From the human T2T-CHM13v2.0 reference genome, Homo sapiens, in the NCBI RefSeq assembly GCF_009914755.1, contig NC_060931.1: a DNA stretch of 64,000 nucleotides. The stretch is one strand, 5' to 3'. This document shows positions 29,454 through 44,508 of the stretch, in pieces (within the stretch, counting starts at the first letter, position 1; every line of letters starts with the position of its first letter). Under the pieces are notes generated by a model. That model was not told where the DNA came from. It saw only the letters and a list, made by a program, of their open reading frames with translations, and ran no database searches. Position numbers and translations under genes: made by a program.

Positions 29454-29564
29454 CCTTACCCTACTCTATATACTTTCAAAATTCATAGTGGTTACCACCT
29501 TCACTCTCCAGCACACCTTACCCTACTCTACATACTTTCAAAATTCATAGTGGTTACGACCTTC
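29454..29564. repeat. Two-copy 49-bp direct repeat (period 62) within an L2 fragment
   Basis: ccttaccctactcta(t/c)atactttcaaaattcatagtggttac(c/g)accttc at 29454 and 29516. Confidence 0.9.
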
Positions 29565-30516
29565 TAACATATTACAGTGTATTATTTGCTTATATATTAT
29601 GTTTATTTTCTGCTAAGTATAAGCTCATGTAGCAGGCATTTGTGTTTTAGTCCCTGTTATATTTTAATACCCTGGAATAGTGCTCTAGGCAAGCTGGCCC
29701 AAGTTAATGCCAATCACAGATGTCACCCCTAGACCTGTACTTGTATCTTTAACCTAGTCTAATATACATCACATGAATAAAAATGACAAAGCCGTGGTCC
29801 TTAGGTACCTATTGCTATTCTCCTTTAGCACACCATCAACCCTCTTTACTGTTATAGGATCTTAGTCTTGTGTATTAACCCTCTACTGCCTGCCCAACCA
29901 CCACCACCAAGTGTCTCATATCCTCACAAACAAGTTTGGTCAGCTACTGCAAGGGTTCAACCATTTTTCTCTTTCTTTCCATTCTAGTTCCCTTATGCTA
30001 AGTGATATGACTTCTGCAAGTTCTTCCATATCTTTTTGGCATGGCTGCTGCTCTCATGAGAATCACATACTCACCCCACCACTTGGGCTTTTTCACTAAG
30101 TACCACCACTGAGTTGCTGGAGACTAGGCAATTGCACAGACATCTGTAAAAATAGGCAACAATGTCTTTATTGTGTCATGCTCTGCTGGAAGGGGACCCA
30201 AAAATATTTCCTTACTTGTGGAGTTTCGCCAAGGACAATGTCTTATTGAAAGAAACCATATCATTCATTAAATCATTCTTGCCTTCTAGCCATTTAGCAT
30301 TTTTTAAAGCATCTATTTACTGAGCACATTTATCAGCACCAGCCTTAGTGCTGTATATGCATTATTTTCTTTTTATCCTTGAAATAACCTTGAGAAACAA
30401 GGGTTATTCTCCTCAATTTTATAGATAAGGAACCCAAGAGCAGAGAACTTAAATACTTGCCAGGTGTCACATAGGTAATAGCTATGTGGTGATTAAAAGC
30501 CAGAACAATGAAACTC

Positions 30517-30912
30517 TGTAGAAGATGATGTGTGGCTATATCTACCTTACCCTGCTGTCCATTTCATCCTCCAGCTCATATGACTGTGGGCTGATAATTC
30601 AGAGAGTTACTCTCTTCTGAGAGACTATGTTTCTTCCAATTCCTACCAGCAGATCCTGACCAATGACTCAATGATAGAGAGTTACAAAGGGCTAGCCACT
30701 TGCTTCAAGGTAGGGCTAATTCTGTGGCGCAATTTGTGCTCCAGAGCATTCCTGTGGGATCAAACTGAAACTAGTCTCTAACTGAGCCACATTCTTGCCT
30801 CTCCTGACCTATCCTACTTCCTTCACTTTTCTTCTTTTGAGAGTACAGCCCAGTAAATCACTTGGACAAGAAAACTCATCTCATGCTTTCCCAGGAAACC
30901 TGACTTAAACCA
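30517..30912 (+). mobile_element. LTR16-like ERVL solo LTR
   Basis: Matches remembered LTR16 words: ttgcttcaaggtaggg...ctccagagc..cctgtgggatca...agtaaatcacttg...ggaaacctgacttaa. Confidence 0.65.
30600..30900. promoter_or_regulatory. Putative CFTR -35 kb airway enhancer (IRF1/2, NF-Y)
   Basis: CCAAT (30660-30664) overlapping AP-1 TGACTCA (30664-30670), ISRE-like AAACTGAAACT (30762-30772), and ETS/IRF-like ACTTCCTTCACTTTT (30816-30830). The distance fits. Confidence 0.6.
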
Positions 30913-32429
30913 GACCCATGATCCAATTTTTTAAGTACCACAGTACACTGTCCTCTTTTTTTTTTTTATAAGACCAAGAGGATTTACTCAATTATTTCTT
31001 TCCTTACTATGAAGTGCCTCAACTGCTCACGTAAATGGGTAGTACAATACAGTAAATCTGTATGATGAATGCATCTTGTGATCGGGTTCGGTTGTTCTTA
31101 CACTCTATTCTTTTCATGGACAGTATTCTAAAGTTGAACATAGATAAATATTTGTAATCAGTCTTGTGAACTTCTGGCCCAAGGATTTCTAGTGGAAATT
31201 TTAGATTGTATGCCTTTGAATAGAAATAAGTTTAATGCTTCACATTTTTTTCTGATAGTAAAAATTGCAAAATTAGAAAATTTGAATACTTTTTGATAAC
31301 AGAATACTAGGTTCCACGAAAGAGCATGTATTTTCTTTATTCCAGAGTATTACGGGTTTTACCTCTAGCTTTTCAGGAGCTCTTTAAGTACTGAAAGTAA
31401 TATGTAGTTTTTGTGAAACAAATTACATGTACATCCAGGATTAAAAATATATACTCTACAGTAATAAGAATGTACTATAAAATGTCTGGGTAGAAATTGG
31501 AAACACAAAAGAAGATTAAGAAATAAAATTATTTAGCAAGATGATATTCACAAATAACTTTATTTTTCCAAGCACACATTAATATTCTACCATTGGCTGA
31601 CTGAAATGTACATCTTATCATTACAAATAACTTCTGTGTAATCAATCCACACAAGGCATTCCAGTGGAGGTCCTTGTTGGTTACAGATTGCCCATTTTTA
31701 CTTCAAGGTCAGGGAAGTGGATAGAATTTGTAATGAATGGTATAATTGTTGAACATTTAAACAAACACAGTCTATTTGGAGGTGAACAGTATGATTTACG
31801 TAATGGGAAATCATGCCAACCGATCAGGTTTGGTTTAATAAAATGATAAATAGCTATTTGAAAAAAAAAGAGGAACAATTAGATGTAACTCATTAACATT
31901 AGAAAAAATACCTTTGACAAAGTCTCCCTTTTTCCCTGCTGTACCCTATTATCCCCACACACATCCCAGCACACACACATCCCCTGCGAACTGTGTCTTA
32001 AAAAGATACACTATAAGATTGGAGGAAATGCTTTATTTTATCTAGAAATTGACTAAGAAACCAGGAATGAAGAGTTGGAACTGTTGCTTTTTAAAAAAGA
32101 AAACCGGTAGTTGGCTTCCTCAGTAAGAGGTACTGACATTAATCTAAAATGTTTACAGATGGAGCACTTATATTAAATCTCTGAGTTCACAATTGTATTA
32201 AACAAGTGATTTTTACATGTAAAAAAAATTAACAAAGAGATTTTAAAAGTCTGAGAGGCCAGGAGAGAGAACAGAAAGAAGAGAGTTGAACTTTGGTATG
32301 GCTAAGTATAAGATAAGGTGTATGACTAGAAATAATTCAAATTATAATTGTGGGGACATGATCTTATGAGAGTGTAGGCTTTCCCTACAGATTTTTCGAA
32401 GTTAAAAATGATGGTTCACGTTTAAAACA

Positions 32430-32840
32430 TTTTTAATTTTATCTTTATTGTGGTGAAATATACATAACATAAAATTTACCATTATAACAATTCTAGTGGC
32501 ATTAAATATATTTCAGTGGTATTAAGTATATTCACAATATTGTACAGCCATCAGTATCATCCGTTTCCAGAACTTTTTCATCATGTCAAACAGAAACTTT
32601 GTATCTATTGAACAGAAACTCCCCATTCCCCTTTACCCTTATCCCTTGGTAACCTCTACTCTCTCTGTCTCTATGAATTTGCCTGTTGTAGGTACTCCTA
32701 TAGGTGGAATCATATAATATTCGTCCTTTCATGTCTGATCTGTGTCACTTAGCATAATGTTTTCAAGGTTCATCCATATTGTAGCATGTATCAGAACCTG
32801 ATTCCTTTTTATGGCTGAATAATATTCCATTGTATGTTTT
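32430..32840 (-). mobile_element. L1MB-like 3' fragment
   Basis: tgtggtgaaatatacataacataaaatttacc...ttcctttttatggctgaataatattcc. Confidence 0.75.
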
Positions 32841-33264
32841 CTTTTATTTTTCCTTTTGTAGACAGGATCTTGCTCTGTTGGCCAAGCTATAATAGTGCAG
32901 TGGCACTCTTGTAGCTCACTGTAACCTTAAACTCCTAGGCTTAGGCGATCCTTCTGCCTCGGCTTTTCACAGCACAGGAATTACAGATGTGAGCCACCGT
33001 GCCTGGCTTATATATTTTCTTTAAAAAGGAAGTATATACTATCAGCCATGCACTATGTTAAATATTTTGTGGCCAATATCTCATTTAATCCTCACAACAG
33101 CGAATAGAGTAGATAATATTATTATCTCCAATTTATAGATGAGAACACTTTGCCCTAGAAAGTTTAAATAACATATTTTAGTAAATGGTAGAGATGGGAT
33201 TTAAACTAGGTCTGTTTATCTCTACTGTTCAGTTGCCAATCCTGAACTTCAAAAACTATATGAG

Positions 33265-36200
33265 GGCAGAGGAAGGTGGTAGAATAGAAGCCTATGCCGT
33301 TCAACCCCCTCACTGGAATACCGAATTTTAACAACTATCTTCACACAGAAAAGCACCATCACAAGAACTGAAAATCAGGTGAGCAATCACAGTACCTGAT
33401 TTTAACTTCATATTGTGGAAAGAGACATTGAGGAAGGCAGTCTTGAATTGCCGATGCCACCCCTCCCTCATCCCCCAGCAGCAGCCAGTGTGGTGCAGGG
33501 AGAGAATTTGTGTGCTTTGGGGAGGGAAGAGCACAGCAAATGGGGAACTTTACATTGAACTCAGTGCTGCCCTGTCACAGCAGAGAATAAAGCCATGCTG
33601 GGCTCAGCCAGTGCCCGCACAGGGAGGGAGCATTTGGACCAGCCCTAGCCAGAGGCGAATCACCATCCCAGCTTTTGGAATGTTAGTTTCTCGGCAAGCC
33701 TTGCCACAGTGGGCTTAAGTGCCCTGGGATCTAGGTATACTAGAAAGGCTGTCTAGGGCACAGGACTGCAATTCCTAGGCAACTCCTAGTGCTAGGCTGG
33801 GCTTAGAGCCAGTGAACTATGGTGGCACCTGACCTAGGAAGACACCAGCTGGTGCAGTTAAGGGAGTGCTTGAGCCATCCCTTCCCCAACCCCAGGCCGC
33901 ACAGCTCACAGCAACAAAAGTGAGTCCTTCCTTCTGCTTAGAGGAGAGGAGAGCAAAGAGTAAAAGGGACTTTGTTTTGCATCTTGGATACCAGCTCCAC
34001 CACAGTAGGATAGGGCACCAGAGAGAGTTGTGAGGCATCCCATTCCAGGCCCTGACTCCTGGATGATATTTCTTGATATTTCAAGGGAATTGCTGCCTTG
34101 AAGGGAAGGACCAGTCCTGGTAGGATTCATCACCTGCTGACTAAAGAGCCCTTGGGCCCTGAATAACCACCAGTGATAACCTTGGAGAATGCCATGGGCC
34201 TTGGGCTGTGAGATGTGCTGGCTTCAGGGGTGACTCAACACGTTCTTAACTGTGGTGGGAATGGTGAAAGACTCTTTCTGTTTGAGAAAAGCAGATGGGG
34301 AAGGTAAAGGGGACTTTGTTTTGCACCCTAGGCAACAGCTCAATCACAGCGGGGGCAGAGCAATTAAGCAGGGATCCCTGAGTCCAGGCCTAGGCTCTTG
34401 GGCAGCATTTATAGACCTGCCCTGGGTCAGAAGAGGAGCTTGCTGACCTGAAGGAGAAGTCCCAGACCTGGCAACATTCACCGCAAGCTGGGTGGAAGAG
34501 TCCTTGGGCTTTAAACATCACGGTGGCCTGGCAGAACTCCCTGGGGACCAATGGTGCTAGTGGCCACAGGGAGAGTCTCCTGTGTCTATAGAGAGAGGAG
34601 AGAAAGGTGGAAAGAACTTTGTATTATGGTTTGAGTGCCAGCTTAGCCACAGTACAATAGAACATCAGGTAAATTGCCAAGGTTTTTTGACTCCGATCCC
34701 TAGGTCCCAGACCGCATCTCTGGACTTGCCCACAGCCTGGGAGAACTCACCACTCTGAAGGGAAAGGCCTTAGGCAAGGATGAACGGCTGTGCTGGCTTC
34801 ATCTGACCCCACACCGTCCCAGTGGTGGTGGCCACAGGGATGCTTATATCACCACATTCCCAGTTCCAGGTGGCTCAGCACAGAGAGAGAGATTCCATTT
34901 GTTTGGGAGAAAGTGAAAAGACTAACAGTCTCTGCCTGGTAATCCAGACACTTCTTCCAGATCTTATCCAAGACCACCAAGGTGGTACCTCTATGAGTCT
35001 GCAAAAACCACAGCATTATTGGGCTTTGGGCCCAATTCCCTCAAAATACCTGGAAAGCCTTCACAAGAAGGACAGGCATAAACAAGCCCAGACAATGAGG
35101 ACTGCAATAAATATACCTAACTCTTCAATACCCAAATGCTGACAAACATCTATAAGCATCAACAACTTCCAGGAAAACATGACCTCACCAAATGAACTAA
35201 ATAAGACACTAGAGACCAATCCTAGTGCCTTATTTATGCATCTGTAAGCATCAACAACATCCAGGAAACATCTATAAACAACATCCAGGAAACATATATA
35301 AACATCTGTAAGCATCAACAACATCCTAGAAAACATGACCTCACCAAATGAACTAAATAAGGCACTAGGGACCAGTCCTAGTGCCTAGAAGCAGACATGT
35401 AACCTTTGAGACAATTCAAAAGGGCTGTTTAGAGGAAACTCAAAGAAATTCAAGATAGCACAGAGAAGGAATTCAGAATTGTATCAGATAAATTTAACAA
35501 AGAGATCGAAATAATTAAAAAGAATCAAGAAAATTTAGAGTTGAAAAATACAATTGACATGCTGAAGAATGCATCAGAGTCTCTTAATAGCAAAAAGGAT
35601 CAAGCAGAAGAAAGAATGAGTGAGCCTGAAGACAGGTTATTTGAAAATACACAGTCAGAGGAGACAAAAGAAAAATAAAATATAAAAAAACGAAGCATGC
35701 CTATAGGATCTAGAAAATAGCCTCAAAAGGGCAAATCTAAGAGTTAATGGCCTTAAAGATGAGGTAGAGAAAGAGATACAAGTAGAAAGTTTATTCAATT
35801 AGATAATATCAGAGATTTTCTGAAACCTAGAGAAACATATCAACATTCAAGTACAATAAAGTTATAGAACACCAAGCAGATTTAAGCCAAAGAAGACTAG
35901 CTCAAGGCATTTAATAATCAGACTCCCAAAGGTCAAGGATAAAAAAGGATCCTAAAAGCAGCAAGAGAAAAGAAGTGAATTACGTATAATGGAGCTCCAA
36001 TATGTTTGGCAGCAGACTTTTCAGTGGAAATCTTATAGGCCAGGAGAGCATGGCAGAACATATTTAAAGTGCTGAAGGAACAAAACTTTTATTCTAAATA
36101 GTATATCTAGCAAAAATATCCTTTAAGCATGAAGGAGAAATAAAGAGCTTCCCAGACGAACACAAGCTGAGAGATATCACCAACACCAGACCTGTCCTAC

Positions 36201-39200
36201 GAGAAATGCTAAAGGGGGTTCTTCACTCTGTAAAAAAAAGGATGTTAATGAGCAAGAAGAAATCACCTAAAGGTACAAAACTTACTGGTAATAGCAAGCA
36301 CACAGAAACACAAAGAATAGTATGACATATAATTGTGGTATGTAAACTTCTCTTGACTTCTATAGAAAGACTAAATGATGAACTAATGGAAACTAATAAT
36401 GACAACTACTTTTCAAGGCCTAGACAGTAAAATAAGACATAAAGAAACAACTAAAAGTTAAAAGGCAGTGTTTTTTTAATGCAATCAGTGTTAAGTTGTC
36501 ATCAATTTAAAATAATGGACAATGGGCTATAAGATAGTATTGGCAAGCCTTATGGTAACTTCAAATAGAAAAACATACAACAATACACAAAAAATAAAAA
36601 GCAAGAAATTAAAGCATACCACTAGAGAAAATCACCTTCACTGAAAGGAAGACAGGAAGGAAAGAAGGAAGAGAAGACTGTAAAACAACCAGAAAACAAA
36701 TAATGAAATTGCAAGGGTAAGTCCCTACATATCAATAATAACATTGAATGTAAATAGACTAAATTCTCCAATCAATAGACATAGAGTGGCTGAAAAAAAC
36801 AAGACCCAGTGATCTGTTGTCTACAAGAAACACACTTCACCTATAAAGATACACATAGACTGAAAATAAAAGAATGGAAAAAGATATTCCATACCAATGG
36901 AAACCAAAATAGAGCAGGAGTAGCCATACTTATATCAGACAAAAATAGATTTCAAGACAAAAACTGTAAGAGGAGACAAGATCACTATATGATGATAAAG
37001 GGATTAATTCAGCAAGAGGACATAATGATTGTAAATATATATGCACCTAACACGTGCATATATATTTACAATATATATTAATAGCATCGCTGCTGAAATC
37101 TACCAAATTACCCAGATATATAAAGCAAATATTATTAGAGCTAAAGAGAGAGATAGATATACCCCAATATAATAATAAATAGAAACCCCAATATAATAAT
37201 AAATAGAGACTTCAACACCCCACTTTCAGCATTGGACAGATCTCCCACACAGAAAATCAACAAAGAAACATTGGACTTAATTTGCACTGTAGAACAAATG
37301 GACCTAATAGATATTTACAGAACATTTCATCCAATGTCTGCAGAATATACATTTTTCTCCTCAGTACATGGATCATTCTTAATAATAGACCATATGTTAG
37401 GTCACAAAGCAAGCCTCAAAGCATTGAAAAAAATGGAAGTAATATCAAGCATCTTCTCTGACCAAAATGGAATAAAACTAGAAATCAATAATAAAAGGAA
37501 TTTTGGACTATATAGACACTTGGAAATTAAACAATATGCTCCTGAATGCCCAGTGGGTCAGTGAAGAAATTAAGAAGGAAGTTGAAAAATTTATTGAAAC
37601 AAATAATAATGGAAACACAACATACCAAAACCTATGGAATACAGCAAAAGCAGTACTAAGAGGGAAATTTAGAGCTACAAGTGCCTACATCAAAAATGAA
37701 TAAAAATTCAAATAACCCAATGATGCATCTTAGAGAACTAGGAAAGCTAAAGCAAACCAAACTCAAAATTAGAAGAAGAAAAGAAATAATAAGAAACAGA
37801 GCAGAAATAAATGGATTTGAAATAAAACAATACAAAAGATCAATGAAACAAAAGTTGGTTTATTGAAAAGATAAACAAAATTGACAAAACTTTAGCCAGA
37901 CTAAGAAAAATAGAGGACCCAAATAAATAAAATAGATGAATAAACAAAATAAGAGACATTACAGCTGATACCATAGAAATTCAATGATCATTAGTGGCTA
38001 CTATGAGCAACTATGTTCCAATAAATTGGAAAATCTGGAAGAAATGAATAAATTCCTAGACACATACAGCCTACCAAGATTGAGCCATGAAGAAATCCAA
38101 AACCTGAACAGACCAATAACAAGTAAAGAGTTGGAAGCCGTAACGAGAAGTCTCCCAGTGAGGAAGATCCTGGGACCCAATAGCATCACTGCTGAAATCT
38201 ACCAAACATTTAAAGAAGAACTAATACCAATCCTACTCAAACTGCTCCAAAAAATGGACAAAGAGAGAATACTTCTAAACTAATTCTGTGAGGCCAGTAT
38301 TACCCTGATACCAAAACCAGACAGAGACACATCAAAAAAGAAAACTACAGGCTAATATCTCTTGCAAATATTGCTGCAAATATCCTCAATAAACCAGCAA
38401 CCAAATTCAATGATACATTCAAAGCTCACTCATCATGACCAAGTGGAATTTATCCCAGGGATGCAAAGATGGTTCAACATAGGCAAATCAATCAATGTGA
38501 TACATCATATCAACAGAACGAAGGACAAAAAGCATATGATCATTTCAATTGATGCTGAAAGAGCATTTGATAAAATTCAGCATCCCTTTATTACAAAAAC
38601 TCTAAAAATCTTGGTATAGAAAGAATATACCTCAACATAATAAAAGCCACATACAACAGACCGACAGATAGTGTCAAACTGAATGGAGAAAAACTGAAAG
38701 GCTTTTCTCTTAGATCTGGAACATGACAAAGATGCCCACTTTCACCACTGTTATTCAAAATAGTACTGGAAGTCTTAGAGCAATCAGGCAAGAGAAAGAA
38801 AGTAAGGGCATCCACATAGGAAAGGAAGAAGTCAAATAATCCTTGTTTGTAGAGGATATGATCTTATATTTGGAAAAACCTAAAGACTCCACCAAAAAAC
38901 TATTAGAACTGATAAATTCAGTAAAATTATAGCATACAAAAATCAATAGCATTTCTATATGTCATCAGTGAACAATCTGAAAAAGAATTCAAAAAAGTAA
39001 TCCCATTTAAAATAGCCACAAAAAAGTAACTAGGAATTAACCAGAGAAGTTAAAGATCTCTACAATGAAAACTACAAAACACTGATGAAATTGAACAAGG
39101 CACCAAAAAATGGAAAGATATTCCATGTTTACGGATTGGAAGAATCCTAAAATTTATGTGGAATCACAAAAGACCCAAAATAGCCAAGGCTATCTTGAGC

Positions 39201-40790
39201 AAACAACAAAACTGGAGGAATCACATTACCTGACTTCAAATTATACTACAGAGCTATAGTAACCAAAACAGCGTGATACTGGCATAAAAACAGACACATA
39301 GACCAATAGAACAGAAAACCCAGAAAAGAGAACTCACAGACAAATCCACACATCTACAGTGAACTCATTGTTGACAAGGTTCCAGGAACGTACACTGAGG
39401 AAAAGACTATTCAATAATTGGTACTGGGAAAACTGTATAAGCATATGCAAAAGAATGAAACTAGACCCCTATCTCTTGCCATATACAAGAATCAAATAAA
39501 AATGGATTAAATACTTAAATCTAAGACCTCAAACTATGAAACTACTCCAAGAAAACATTGGGGAAAATCTCCAGGAGTTTGGTCTGGTCAAAAATTTCTT
39601 GAGCAATACCCCATAAGCATAGGCAACCAAAGCAAAAATAGACAAATGGGATCACATCAAGTTACAAAGCTTCTGCAGAGCAAAGGAAGCAACAAAGTGA
39701 AGAGATGAGATAACCCACAGAACGGGAGAAAATATTTACAAACTATTAATCTGACAAAAAATTAATAACCATAATATGTATGGAGCTTAACTCTATAGGA
39801 AAAAATCTAATCTGATTTAAAAATGGGCAAAGATTTGAATAGACATTTCTCAAAAGAAGACATACAAATGGCAAACAGGCATATGAAAAAGTGCTCAGCA
39901 TCACTGATCACCAGTGAAATGCAAATAAAAATTAGACAATGAGATATCATCTCACCCCAGTTAAAATGGCTTTTATCCAAAAGACAGGCAGTAACAAATG
40001 CTGGCAAGGATGTGGAGAAAAGGGAACTCTTGTATTCTATCAGTTGGAATGAAAATTAGTAAAACCACTATGGAGAATGGTTTGGAGGTTCCTCAAAAAA
40101 CTTAAAACTAACATATGATCCAGCAATCCCACTGGTAGGTATATACCCAAAAGAAAGGAAATTAATGTATCAAAGAGATAGCTGCACTCCTATATTTGTT
40201 GCATCATTGTTCACAATAGCTAAGATTTGGAAGCAACCTAAGTGTCCATCAACAGATGAATGGATAAAGAAATTGTGTTACTTATTCACAATGGAGCACT
40301 ATTCAGCCATAAAAAACGAGATTCAGTCATTTGTGACAACATTGTTGGAACTAAAGGTCATTATGTTAAGTGAAATAAGTCAGGCACAGAAATACAAACA
40401 TCACATTCTCATTTATTTGTGGGATCTAAAAATCAAAACGATTGAACTCAGGGAGACGGAGAATAGAATGGCGGTTACCAGAGGCTGGGAAGCGGGAAGG
40501 TGGCAATGGTTTATGGGTGCAAAAAAAAAAAAAAAAAATTAGAAAGAATGAATAAGACCTAGCATTTGATAGCACAATAGGGAGACTATAGTCAATAATA
40601 ATTTAATTGTACATTTTAAAATAACTAAGGGCATAATTGGATTGTTTGTAACACAAAGGATAAATGCTTGAGAGGATTGATACCCTATTTTCCATAATAT
40701 GATTATTATACATTCCATGCCTGTACCAAAATATCTAATGTACTCTATAAGTATATACACTTACTATGTACCCACAAAAAAATTTTAAAA
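33265..40790 (+). mobile_element. Near full-length (about 7.5 kb) old L1 (L1MA2/3-like) with 5'UTR, disrupted ORF1 and ORF2, and 3'UTR
   Basis: Collinear fragments of the endonuclease (CCLQETH, IVNIYAPN, LIDIYRTFHP), the RT ([19 protein letters not shown]) and the C-terminus; L1MA-type 3' end. Confidence 0.92.
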
Positions 40791-41351
40791 AGAAATATAT
40801 ACAGCTATAGGAAAACATATAGGGAATGAAATTTTAGAGTAAACAGAATTGAAGGATTTTGCTGTTGCAGGAACTAACAGATACATAATTTTTCTTCTGA
40901 ATAGATGAAGGTAGAAAGGCAAAATGGTTGGAGTTAAATCTTGAAAGATATGTTTAGGATAAATATAATCTTTTTTGATAAATCCTGGAATATTAGAAAT
41001 AGAGATCTTCCCTTAAAAATTTTCAAAAGAAAAATTTTAAGTAAAGAGAATTACTGTATTATTTAAGAAGTAGAAGTCATGGAGATTGAAAATATAGTTG
41101 TAAATAAGGGTTTATATAGGTTCACGTACTCTATTAAGAAAAAATAAGGATATTATGAGACTTCAACCGTAACTCGTTTTTAATTAATTCATTAATTTGT
41201 TTGTTTGTTTGTAAAGCCAGGGTCTTCCCATCTTGCCCAGGCTGGTCTTGAATTCCTGGCCTCAAGCAATCCTTAAGCTGATAGCATGTAAGGCAACTAT
41301 ACTGTCCCACATCACATGCTGTAGTCACATCTTTAAAGCCAGATGAATTAG

Positions 41352-41792
<441 letters not shown>

Positions 41793-42019
41793 AGACATAC
41801 TGTTTTATGTTGAGAGTATATCTTCATCCTTTTACTTTCCAGCCTAGGGTCTTATTCCTTTCATGAGACTATGCAGAGCAAGTCTAATGTTTTCACCCCA
41901 TGAGCATTTCAAATATTCGAAGACCTTGTCAAATATTTCCTGCTTTCTTCCTCTTAATCTTAATCATGGCTCAAGATTAGTAGCCACGACTAGAGAGGCC
42001 AAGATACTAGAGAATAAAG

Positions 42020-43110
42020 TTCAGATTTTGCTCTTAAGATGCTTATAGATTTCTAACAGGCTACAAAAGCACTTGACTATAAAGGAAAATATGAATAAAT
42101 CAGACTTCATTAAAATTAAGAACTTTTCATCAAATGATACTATTAATATAAGTGAAAAGTCAACTTACAGAGAGAAAGAAGATATTTGCAATATACTATG
42201 TCTGATGAAGAACTTATATCCAGAATATATGAAGAACTCCTAAAAATCAATAAGAGGTAACATACGAGATAACAGAAAAATGAGCAGATAAATTGAACTG
42301 GTACTTCACAAATGAATACATTCAGTTGGCCAATAAACATATGAAAATGTACTCAAAATTATTAATTATCAGAAAATATAATTTTAAACTACAAAATACT
42401 TCTACTTACCACAATGACTGACATTAAAACAAAATCCCTGATAATACATAGTATTGTCTTAGAGGTGGAACAACTAGAACTCCCATATGCTCTTGGTAGA
42501 TTGTAAATTATGAATTGGTACTAACATTTTGGAAAATGATGGAAATATTTACTAAAATTGAACATATGCAAATCCTATGACACAGATTTTTTCCTCCTTG
42601 CATATTCCTTAAGATGCAAAAACAAAACAATCCAAATATTCATTGACAGTAGGATGATATATTTATCAAGAGTACACATACAATGGAACACTATGTAGTA
42701 AGGAAATAACTACCTTTATATACAATAACATGAATGAATCCCACAAACACAAATTTAGTGACAGAAGCCAGACACTAGATAGTACATACTGCAATTTCAC
42801 TTACCTGAAATTCAAAAACATGCAAAACAAATTGATAGTGGTAGAAGTCAGAATAGTTTCTTCTGGGAGGAGATAATTATTGAAAGATGATGGGAGGGAG
42901 GCTTCTGTTTTGCTGATTTTATACTCTATTTCTTGATCTAGTGGTAGCTACTTGGATGTATTCACTTTGTAAAAGTTTGTTGAGATGTATATCTATGTAT
43001 CTGTCTCTATATATATGTATATATGACTCATATATACATATATAGCTCATATATATATATGAATTGTATACTTTTCTGTATGTATATTAAATTTCAAAAA
43101 AATTAACTTT
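42020..43110 (+). mobile_element. Old L1M (L1ME/MC-like) 3' region with a TA-rich microsatellite at about 43005-43060
   Basis: Degenerate ORF2 end and 3'UTR words. Confidence 0.7.
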
Positions 43111-43848
43111 AGAAGGAAAAATTGGCCCTAGGTGGGTCTAAAAGTTCCAGTTACCTAAAATGTAGGGCTGCCATATTGTGTAATCGGTGAGTCTGTACTT
43201 TTATAATAAGCACAATATAAAAATACTGAAACTTATGCTGCACGTAACAAATTAAGTTTTGTATTGGGACAATCTGAAAAATACACAGACAGTCATTTCC
43301 TAATCCTTCTCCCCCAGTAAAAGAATTCTAGCTCATTCCTTTTTTAGCATGACAGCTGGGCAGTAAATGAGTCAATCACTGATCCAAATTTGTTTTAGAC
43401 TGGGGTTTTAGAACATATATGAACTGCTCAACGTAGGTTTGGCACATATCAAGCACCTAAGATATAAATTATTATCAATTTTTTGATATTTGCATCCCAC
43501 TTTACTCTTGAGTTTGCTGCTAACTGAAATATCAGAGTCTCTTTCACAAATGGTACCACTACAAACCTCATGCTTGTGCAAATTTTGAACCTATGTAGTA
43601 ATTCCTGTTTTATTTTGGTACAATTTGTTCAATTTCCAGTCTGTTGAAATCTTTATGGATTGGGATTTACTTAATTTTATATTCAACATTGGTGAAAATG
43701 TTGGTCAGGGAGGACTAAAGATGAAGCCCTGTAGACCATCCTTATTAACTTCTATCTTGGCTCACAGTGATCCATTAGACCCTTTTGGACATGGTCATTC
43801 AGTCAATTATGACTAGTGCTAATGGAACTCACATCTAGTCCATGCTTA

Positions 43849-44232
<384 letters not shown>

Positions 44233-44508
44233 TTAGATGTTTGTACTCTTATTTTAGCATGGTCATTTACCTAAACTTTGTTAAAATAGTGAAATATTTC
44301 CAAAGCCTCCTAATTTTTTTTACGCCAATCCTAACTCACAGGCAACATTTAATGTATGAATATTGCTTCCAAGAAGAGTGGTGGGATAATATGATGGCAA
44401 ATTAATCTGGTATAATGAAAAATGTTATAACACTAAATTTTTTTTGTATAAAAGTGTGCTTTTCCGGGATGTTGTTTGAAGCTTCTTTACTTTTCACTTT
44501 TCTCTTTT

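Noticed and set aside
36809-40542. Endonuclease and reverse-transcriptase ORFs as a possible novel RT system
   Set aside because: They are fragmented LINE-1 ORF2 with many stops and frameshifts. The same applies to 47952-49202.
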